DNA of 64,000 nt from Candidatus Falkowbacteria bacterium (lineage in GTDB: Bacteria > Patescibacteriota > Patescibacteriia > CAIXNZ01): assembly GCA_963774955.1 (NCBI GenBank), contig CAVZGV010000004.1:383779-447778 (forward strand). Reading direction: 5' to 3'. The notes under the pieces were generated by a model. It was not told where the DNA came from. It saw only the letters and a list, made by a program, of their open reading frames with translations, and ran no database searches. The first letter of the stretch is position 1. The number at the start of each line of letters is the position of its first letter. This document shows positions 57,123 to 64,000 of this stretch, piece after piece. The position numbers were made by a program, and so were the translations under genes.

Positions 57123-57557
57123 ATGAAAATAATATACATGTTCGTCGATTACAAGAAATTTGACATGTTTCCCGAGGATGATTTATTTGACACTAGCTCC
57201 CATAAATATCATTATTTACACCTTGAAGGCCGGGAGTGGACCGTAGGTTGGAATGAAGAGAATAAAATTTTTCTAACCAATCGACCGATTGTCAGAAAAG
57301 AACCGATTGCGGAGCAGGCTCTTTCGGGGCCGCCGATCGAAGAAGAAAAGGAAATTGATATGGCAGATGCTCATTTTTTAGTCACAGTTGAGGCAACAAC
57401 GGAGCATCCACTTTATCAACTGATGATAGGGGCCTATGAAATGCTAAAACAAAAGGCTGACCTAGAAACAGCCTTGAAGTCAAAACACGAACAGCTGGAA
57501 ACATTGTTAAAAAGTTTCCCAAAAACTATCAGTATAGACACCAAGGGCTCCTCCTAA
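57123..57557 (+). CDS. Hypothetical protein (144 aa)
   Basis: Consensus SD (ttaaggagggaacgATG). Followed by the terminator gggctcc-tcctaac-ggagcctttttt at 57539-57575. Confidence 0.5.
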   Translation: MKIIYMFVDYKKFDMFPEDDLFDTSSHKYHYLHLEGREWTVGWNEENKIFLTNRPIVRKEPIAEQALSGPPIEEEKEIDMADAHFLVTVEATTEHPLYQLMIGAYEMLKQKADLETALKSKHEQLETLLKSFPKTISIDTKGSS

Positions 57558-57600
57558 CGGAGCCTTTTTTACTTGACTAAATTTGGCAATTTGTTATAAT

Positions 57601-57830
57601 AATGTTACAAAACTGATGATCCTAACTGACATTAGGGGAGGTGCGGGAAGAAGCCTTTTAGGTGGTAGAACCCGCCGTGAATCTGCGTTAATGACATAAG
57701 AGAGTGTCCTCCGAAGCTTTAGCGAAGGAGGAAATCAAGGTGGTACCGCGGAAAAAATTCCGTCCTTGAATCTGTTCAGCTTTTTATTGTATAACAGATT
57801 TGAAGACGGAATTTTTTGTTTAAGTTTAAA
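57601..57830 (+). promoter_or_regulatory. T-box riboswitch leader (Asp-specific, specifier GAC) with promoter TTGACT-16-TATAAT (57573-57600) and terminator/antiterminator
   Basis: T-box consensus AAUCAAGGUGGUACCGCGG at ~57735-57751. Specifier-loop candidate cuGACAuu at ~57622. A ~20-bp terminator stem (aattccgtccttgaatctgtt...aacagatttgaagacggaatt) followed by tttttt. Confidence 0.7.
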
Positions 57831-57935
57831 TATTTAATGATTAATTTTTAAACAATTATTAATATTTTAATTAGTAAATTAGTCATTAGGGCATTCAATA
57901 AAAATTTATAATTAATAATTATTAAACTAAAAAAT

Positions 57936-59715
57936 ATGCTACGTACCAATACATGCGGAGAACTAACTAAAAAACAAGTCGGTAAAGAAGACTACCCTAT
58001 GCGGTTGGGTCAATTCCAGGCGCGATCATGGCGGCATTATTTTTATTGATTTGCGCGATCGTTATGGTTTAACCCAGATTAAATTTGATCCGAAAATTTC
58101 CCAGGAGGCCTGGAATGAGGCCGATAAGGTTCAGGCCAGAATGGGTTTTGAAAGTTAGCGGGGAAGTTTTAGGCCGGCCTAAGGATATGGTTAATAATAA
58201 TTTAGCGACCGGCGAGGTGGAAGTGGCGATATCGGAAATTGAAATTTTGTCTGAGGCTAAAACACCGCCATTTGAAATTGATCAGGATAAAATGGTCAAT
58301 GAGGATTTAAGCGCTTAAAATACCGATTTTTGGATTTGCGCCACCAGCGTTTGCAGAAAATCATGGCTGATCGCGATCAATTGATAACTTATGTGCGTGA
58401 ATATTTTCATAAAAAAGAATTTATTGAAATTCAGACCCCAATTTTGGCAAATTCTTCACCTGAAGGCGCCCGCGATTATTTGGTGCCTTCAAGAATTCAT
58501 CCGGGTAAATTTTATGCCTTACCCCAGGCACCACAGCAATTTAAACAGCTATTAATGGTCGCTGGTTTTGATCGTTACTTTCAGATTGCGCCTTGTTTTC
58601 GTGATGAAGATCCTCGCGCAGACCGTCATCCTGGTGAATTTTATCAGATTGATTTGGAAATGTCTTTTGTAGAGCAGGAAGATATCTGGCAAATGGTTGA
58701 GCCGTTGATGGTTGAGCTGACTGATAAATTTTCCGATAAAAAAATAATTACCAACCCTTTCCCAGAATAACCTACCAAGAAGCTTTGGAAAAATATGGTT
58801 CAGATAAGCCTGATTTGACGTTTTGATTTGGAAATTCAACCAATCACGTGAGTTGGTCAAAGATTGCGGTTTTGCGGTTTTTAGCGAGGCTATAAAAAAT
58901 AAAGGAGTAGTTCATGCTTTGAAAATTGACTAATGGCGGTAAATTTAGTCGTAAAGAAATTGATGAACTTAACTGAATTGGCTAAAAGCAAAGGCGCTAA
59001 AGGTTTAGCCTATATTATTGTCAAAGATAAAGAATTGCAATCACCGTTGATTAAATTTTTAGGTGATGATTTATCCCAGAAAATTGTTAAAGAAGTTAAA
59101 GCCAAAGCCGGTGATATTATATTTTTCGGAGCAGATAACTGGAAAACAGTTTGTTCAGCTTTGGGGGCGGTCAGAAATGAGTGCGGCAGTCGTTTAGGCC
59201 TCAAGGATCCGAAAAAAGCAGCCTGGCTGTGGGTAATTGATTTTCCCATGTATGATTATTCAGAACTGGAACACGGTCGGATTGATTTTTCGCACAATCC
59301 CTTTTCCATGCCACAGGGCGGTTTGAAAGCTTTGGAAGATAAAGATCCATTGGAAATTTTGGCGCATCAATATGATTTGGTCTGCAACGGCTTTGAAATT
59401 TCTTCAGGCGCCATTAGAAACCATCAGCCGGAAATTATGTATAAAGCTTTTGCCATCGCGGGTTATACCAAGGAAGAAGTTGATGCCAAATTTGGTCATA
59501 TGATTAAGGCCTTTGAATTTGGGGCGCCGCCTCATGGCGGTATTGCACCGGGTCTGGATCGTTTATTAATGGTACTCTGGGATTTACCAAGTATCCGGGA
59601 TATTTACGCCTTTCCGAAAAACGGATCAGCTCAGGATGCTATGTTGGGTGCGCCCAGCGAAGTTGAGATCAAGCAATTGAAGGAATTGCATATTAAATTG
59701 GATTTAGAGAAATAG
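57936..59715 (+). pseudogene. aspS: Aspartate--tRNA ligase with at least 4 frameshifts
   Basis: AspRS sequence runs continuously but switches frame near 58050, 58320, 58770 and 58925. The ORF-track pieces 58085-58318, 58330-58770 and 58933-59715 are all AspRS. Class II motifs FRDED and GGIAPGLDRL are present. Confidence 0.8.
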
Positions 59716-59939
59716 GGACTAGGAGCTAGAAGAGTTATAAGGGAAGAAGGGAATTATTATATAAAAACTGCCTGGGAAACTGGGCGGTTTTTTTGTTGTT
59801 ACTAATCTACGAATAGGCTACAAATCTACAAAATATTCGACGGAGTCACCCATTCGACTAAGCTCAGGGTAACAAGAGAGGCTGTTTTCGCTCGAAACTT
59901 GAATAATCGCCATTTTTACGCTAAAATTAAAGGGTACCT

Positions 59940-60251
59940 ATGAGACTTTCAGGATTACAGAAATACATACTTTTACAGGCCTTTGACGCTAAAAATAAGC
60001 TAGATCGCAAGGTTTTGCTGGGATTTTACGGTTCTGGCAAAAAAAGGACTGGTCGTGATACTATGGTAAATTCTATTACTAGTAGTCTTGAGCGATTGAT
60101 TAAGAAAGGGTTGATTGTTGGATTCGGGGAGATTACTAAGGATAAAATTTATATTACTAAGATAAGATTAACGAAGGTGGGACGGTTGTTGGCGAAGAAA
60201 GCGTTAGGCGAGCAGAAAAGATTGCCGTTTAAATTGAAAAGCACGAAGTAA
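59940..60251 (+). CDS. Hypothetical small basic protein (103 aa), possibly DNA-binding
   Basis: Clean ORF; K/R-rich. Confidence 0.4.
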   Translation: MRLSGLQKYILLQAFDAKNKLDRKVLLGFYGSGKKRTGRDTMVNSITSSLERLIKKGLIVGFGEITKDKIYITKIRLTKVGRLLAKKALGEQKRLPFKLKSTK

Positions 60252-60406
60252 CAAATTACAAGATCCAAATAAATTTCAAAATCCAATATTTAAAATTCCA
60301 AAGGTTTTGTAATTTGAGATTTGAGGGTTGTAATTTATTTGTGATTTGTTGATTGGGATTTGATATTTTTGTATAATATAACATCATATAACTTAATTAA
60401 TCTAAT

Positions 60407-60991
60407 TTGAACAATATGTCTATTCCTAAAAAAATCACTAATTACCTAGATAAACGTGGTGCCAAATATGCTATTATCACTCATCGTAAAGTTTACACTG
60501 CCTATGATGCAGCGCAGACATTAAGGAAAAGGCTTGATGAGATCGTGAAAAATTTATTAGTTAAAACTGATAAGGGCTTTGTTTTAGTTCTATTACCGGC
60601 GTCTAAGAATGTAAATCTTAAGGATTTGAAAAAACTAATGAATGCTCAGGGTAAGGGGGTAAAGACAGTTGAAATTCCTAAGGAAGGCGCTATGGTAAGA
60701 TTGTTAAAAGTTAAGCCGGGGGCACTATCAGCTTTTGGCAGATTACATGATTTGGAAGTCTATATGGATAAGAATTTAAGAAAAGCCAAAAAAGCAATTT
60801 TTTCTAGCGGTAGCATCACTGAAAGTTTAGAAATGGCGTTGAAAGAATTTGAAAAATTGGAACAGCCGGTCGTGGGCGCTTTTTCTGAAGCTAAAAAATT
60901 TAAACCTGTTAAGAAAGCTATAAAGAAAGTAAAAAAGACCATTAAAAAAACAGTCAGAAAAGTTAAAAAAGCAATTAAGAAAAGAAAATAG
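60407..60991 (+). CDS. YbaK/ProX-family aminoacyl-tRNA deacylase-like protein with K-rich C-terminal tail
   Basis: Pattern match to YbaK: ..KTL.VK.DKGFVLVLLPA....LKDLKK......V.MA.......V.PG..S.FG......V..D..L.....I..S.G. Confidence 0.5.
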   Translation: MNNMSIPKKITNYLDKRGAKYAIITHRKVYTAYDAAQTLRKRLDEIVKNLLVKTDKGFVLVLLPASKNVNLKDLKKLMNAQGKGVKTVEIPKEGAMVRLLKVKPGALSAFGRLHDLEVYMDKNLRKAKKAIFSSGSITESLEMALKEFEKLEQPVVGAFSEAKKFKPVKKAIKKVKKTIKKTVRKVKKAIKKRK

Positions 60992-61043
60992 TTTGGCTTT
61001 ATGCTTATGGCCTTGAGCTTAGAGCTCTTAGCCCACAGCTTAT

Positions 61044-61742
61044 ATGGAACAATATAAAGTACAATTAGAAGAATGGCAGGGTCCTTTGGATCTGCTTTTA
61101 CAGCTGATTGAACATCAGGAAATGGATATTACTAAAATTTCCTTGTCACAAGTCGCTGATCAATTCATCTCTTATATGAATGCAAAGCCGCTTCAGCTCG
61201 AAGAAACTGCTGATTTTTTGGTAGTGGCTGCCAAATTAATATATATTAAATCTAAGGCTTTATTGCCGACATTAAATTTGGAAGAAGACGATGGTATAGA
61301 CTTGGAAAAACAGTTAAAAATGTACAAAGAATACCTGGAAGCTGCAAAAAAAATTCAGAAGATTATTCTTAAAAAAAATTATTGTTTTAGCAAAGAGAAA
61401 TTCCCCGAAGGCATTACCAGTCAGGTTTTTTATGTGCCTAAAAGTATTACGGCCAGTAAGTTGCAGAATGTTTTTTTTCAAGTGATAAATCGTATTAAGC
61501 CGATTGTTGAACTGCCCAAAAGGGTGATTGAAAAATCAATCAAATTGTCTGAGAGAATTCAGCATATTAAGGATCTTATTTTTAGGGAGGCAAGCACCAC
61601 TTTCTGTAAAATGTTGGGTGAATCGAAATCAAAAACGGAAAAAATAGTTAATTTTTTAGCTGTGCTGGAATTAGTTAAGCAAAAGGTAATTGATGTGGAG
61701 CAGCACGAACTATTTGATGATATAACTATGAATAAAATTTAA
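61044..61742 (+). CDS. scpA: Segregation and condensation protein A
   Basis: QLEEWQGPLDLLLQLIEHQEMDI. Confidence 0.8.
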   Translation: MEQYKVQLEEWQGPLDLLLQLIEHQEMDITKISLSQVADQFISYMNAKPLQLEETADFLVVAAKLIYIKSKALLPTLNLEEDDGIDLEKQLKMYKEYLEAAKKIQKIILKKNYCFSKEKFPEGITSQVFYVPKSITASKLQNVFFQVINRIKPIVELPKRVIEKSIKLSERIQHIKDLIFREASTTFCKMLGESKSKTEKIVNFLAVLELVKQKVIDVEQHELFDDITMNKI

Positions 61743-61773
61743 ATTTATAGCTTAAAACTAATACAATTTAATT

Positions 61774-62349
61774 ATGTCATTAAAATCAAAAATAGAGTCT
61801 TTGTTATTTATAGCTACCAAACCTCTTTCTGTTAATAAAATTGCAGAGTTAGTTGAAGGTGATAAAACCGAAGTTAAGGCTGAATTGGATAAGATGTTTG
61901 AAGAAAATAATCAACCGGAAAAAGGCATGAATTTACAGAAAATTGGTTCTGATTTTCAGATGGTCACTAGCGCGGATAATAGCCTAATGATAAACGAGTT
62001 TTTAAAGGAGGAAATTACTGGCGAATTGACTCCTGCTTCCTTAGAAACTCTGACTGTGGTTGCTTATCGCGGTCCGATTACCAAAGCAGAATTGGAATTA
62101 ATTCGCGGGGTTAATTGTAGTATTATTTTAAGGAATTTAATGATTCGTGGTTTAATCGAAGAAATTGAAGATAAAAAGAATATGGTGGAAACATACCAAA
62201 TAACTTTTGATTTTTTAAAACATTTGGGAATAACTGCTCCTGAGCAATTGCCAGAGTACCAGCATTTAAACAGTTCCGAAGCCTTGGAACAATTATTAAA
62301 ACAGAAACAAACAACGCAGATTAATAATGAACCGAAAGCAGCAGAATAA
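61774..62349 (+). CDS. scpB: Segregation and condensation protein B
   Basis: IESLLFIATKPLSVNKIAEL, two winged-helix repeats. Confidence 0.8.
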   Translation: MSLKSKIESLLFIATKPLSVNKIAELVEGDKTEVKAELDKMFEENNQPEKGMNLQKIGSDFQMVTSADNSLMINEFLKEEITGELTPASLETLTVVAYRGPITKAELELIRGVNCSIILRNLMIRGLIEEIEDKKNMVETYQITFDFLKHLGITAPEQLPEYQHLNSSEALEQLLKQKQTTQINNEPKAAE

Positions 62350-62387
62350 AATTTCATAGTCGTTGTTTAAAACGATTTTCAAGTCTT

Positions 62388-63287
62388 ATGATTTTAGATA
62401 TTATTTTAAGTTTAATAATCATGCCTGCCTTATGGCAAGCCCACTTTAATTTTGATGGGTTTTTAAATTTACATAATCCAGCGACCGTAAATCAGGATTT
62501 GGCCGGACCGCAAAGAGTTTATACGGATTATTTGGATATCGAGATTACTGCCAGGAGTGCTATGGCCGTTGATGTTCAAAGCGGTAAGGTCTTATATAAA
62601 AAAAATCCGGAGGAAATTTTACCCATGGCCAGCATTACCAAATTGATGACGGCATTGGTTTTTTTGGATCACAATCCTGGCTGGCAAAAAGAATGGTCAA
62701 CAATTCCAGCAGATCGTCGTAACGGCGGAATTATCTATCTGAATACCGGGGAAATTTTAACCTTGGATAATTTATTCAAGACAGCACTGATAGTTTCTGA
62801 TAATGATTCTGCCATGGCTTTGTCTCGGGCATCTGGTTTGGGGGCGGAAGAGTTTATAAGCCAGATGAATATCAAAGCAAAACAGATAGGCATGTCCAGC
62901 GCGCAATTTGCTGACCCTACTGGTTTAAAAGTTGCTAATAAGGGAACAGTTGGCGATGTTATAAAATTGTTAAATTTTGCTTTGCATAATGAAACTATTG
63001 CTAAAACAACCAGTACGGCATATTATGAATTTGAAGTTCAGGGTCCTGAGAAAAAACGTACAGTTAAACTAAGAAATACTGATAGTTTGTTAAAGGGTTA
63101 TCTAACTATCATGGGCGGTAAAACAGGATCTTTAGATGAGGCCGGCTATAATTTGACAGTCAAAATAAAGGGGGAAAATGACCAGGAAATATTGGTTGTG
63201 ACCTTAGGTAGTGAAACAAACTTTGAACGCTTTCAGGATGTTAAGGCCATAGCTGACTGGGTTTTTTCAAATTATAAATGGGATTAG
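62388..63287 (+). CDS. D-alanyl-D-alanine carboxypeptidase (S11 peptidase, PBP5-like)
   Basis: SITKLMTA (SxxK), SDN and KTG motifs; signal/TM N-terminus. Confidence 0.75.
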   Translation: MILDIILSLIIMPALWQAHFNFDGFLNLHNPATVNQDLAGPQRVYTDYLDIEITARSAMAVDVQSGKVLYKKNPEEILPMASITKLMTALVFLDHNPGWQKEWSTIPADRRNGGIIYLNTGEILTLDNLFKTALIVSDNDSAMALSRASGLGAEEFISQMNIKAKQIGMSSAQFADPTGLKVANKGTVGDVIKLLNFALHNETIAKTTSTAYYEFEVQGPEKKRTVKLRNTDSLLKGYLTIMGGKTGSLDEAGYNLTVKIKGENDQEILVVTLGSETNFERFQDVKAIADWVFSNYKWD

Positions 63288-63305
63288 ATTTTAAATTTTA
63301 CGATT

Positions 63306-63806
63306 ATGATTTTTGATATTAATTATGTAGAATTGTTTAAAAATATTCCGCCTGAACTTTCAGTGCTAATCATTTCTATGTTGCCGATTGCTGAATTAAG
63401 GGTGGCAATCCCGATCGCTTTGGGTGCTTATAAATTAAATATATTTGCAGCCTATATTTTTTCAGTTTTAGGTAATATTGTGCCGATATTTTTCATTTTA
63501 TATTTTATTGATCCAGTCTCCAAATATTTGATGGGGAAATTTAAAATTTTCAACCGTTTTTTTACCTGGTTATTTGAAAGAACCAGAATTAAATTTACCA
63601 AAAAATCCGTCAAATATGGCGGTATTATCGCTTTAGTTCTTTTTGTCGCAGTTCCGTTGCCGGTTACAGGCGCCTGGACGGGTTCACTGGCGGCATTTCT
63701 ATTTCAAATTCCTAAACGATACGCCATCCCTGCGATTATTGGCGGAGTGATGATCGCGGGCATTATTGTCTCAATTATAACTCTCGGGATTTTAAACTTA
63801 ATTTAA
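63306..63806 (+). CDS. Small integral membrane protein (COG2426-like, putative small multidrug export family)
   Basis: Four predicted TM helices; 166 aa. Confidence 0.4.
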   Translation: MIFDINYVELFKNIPPELSVLIISMLPIAELRVAIPIALGAYKLNIFAAYIFSVLGNIVPIFFILYFIDPVSKYLMGKFKIFNRFFTWLFERTRIKFTKKSVKYGGIIALVLFVAVPLPVTGAWTGSLAAFLFQIPKRYAIPAIIGGVMIAGIIVSIITLGILNLI

Positions 63807-63814
63807 ATATAAAT

Positions 63815-64000
63815 ATGAGGATTGGCATTGATTGCAGAAGAATTTTAGACCCCAAGCATAATGAAGCTGCCGGGGTTGGTTATTATACATATTATTTAAT
63901 CAAAAATTTACTGGAACGGGATAAAACCAACCAGTATTTTTTATTTTTATATGACACTCGAATCAAACTTAATGAATTTAAACAGGATAATGTACAAATT
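63815..64000 (+). CDS. Glycosyltransferase family 1 protein (5' partial, runs off the window)
   Basis: MRIGIDCRRI... is a typical GT4 N-terminus. Confidence 0.45.
   Translation, partial: MRIGIDCRRILDPKHNEAAGVGYYTYYLIKNLLERDKTNQYFLFLYDTRIKLNEFKQDNVQI

Noticed and set aside
1-64000. Alternative genetic code (UGA=Gly, code 25) as in some CPR lineages
   Set aside because: TGA terminates full-length genes (for example pyrC at 53310-53312), and conserved proteins need no in-frame TGA read-through. Code 11 fits.

Overview
This 64-kb window looks like a low-GC (about 33-35%), Candidate Phyla Radiation (Patescibacteria)-like chromosome segment. The evidence for that is a long str-S10-spc ribosomal operon (rpsL through map) with no L30 gene between rpsE and rplO, K/E-rich extensions on many ribosomal proteins, little Shine-Dalgarno use, and a type IV pilus cluster without a secretin. 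TGA is used as a stop codon (for example at the end of pyrC), so the standard code 11 applies.

Main content, in order:
- An exported ComEC-like MBL hydrolase.
- A 2033-aa secreted fibrous repeat protein with six essentially identical 240-bp tandem repeats, followed by a partner secreted protein.
- ndk.
- An islet of small genes around three tRNA-like genes. The two full-length ones have non-canonical anticodon loops; the third is a fragment with only a T-arm.
- A type IV pilus/competence-like cluster (pilB, pilC, pseudopilins, pilM, a pilin). One pseudopilin is fused to a roughly 940-aa domain of MopE/TSP3-like Ca/metal-binding repeats and cysteine-rich repeats.
- An L,D-transpeptidase.
- Two tRNA-Pro genes (CGG and GGG) sitting in homologous cassettes with partial copies of the tRNA ends.
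- A rubrerythrin + desulfoferrodoxin pair.
- A GerMN/Gmad2 protein.
- rpmB.
- The ribosomal operon, in which fusA carries at least eight frameshifts and a roughly 2-kb GC-richer, SD-using insertion lies between fusA and tuf.
- SRAP, ruvX and recO.
- A GC-richer, SD-using de novo pyrimidine operon (pyrB, pyrC, pyrK, pyrD, pyrF and a pyrE-like gene).
- A T-box leader in front of a multiply frameshifted aspS.
- scpA, scpB and a D-Ala-D-Ala carboxypeptidase.

No CRISPR array, transposase or integrase is visible.
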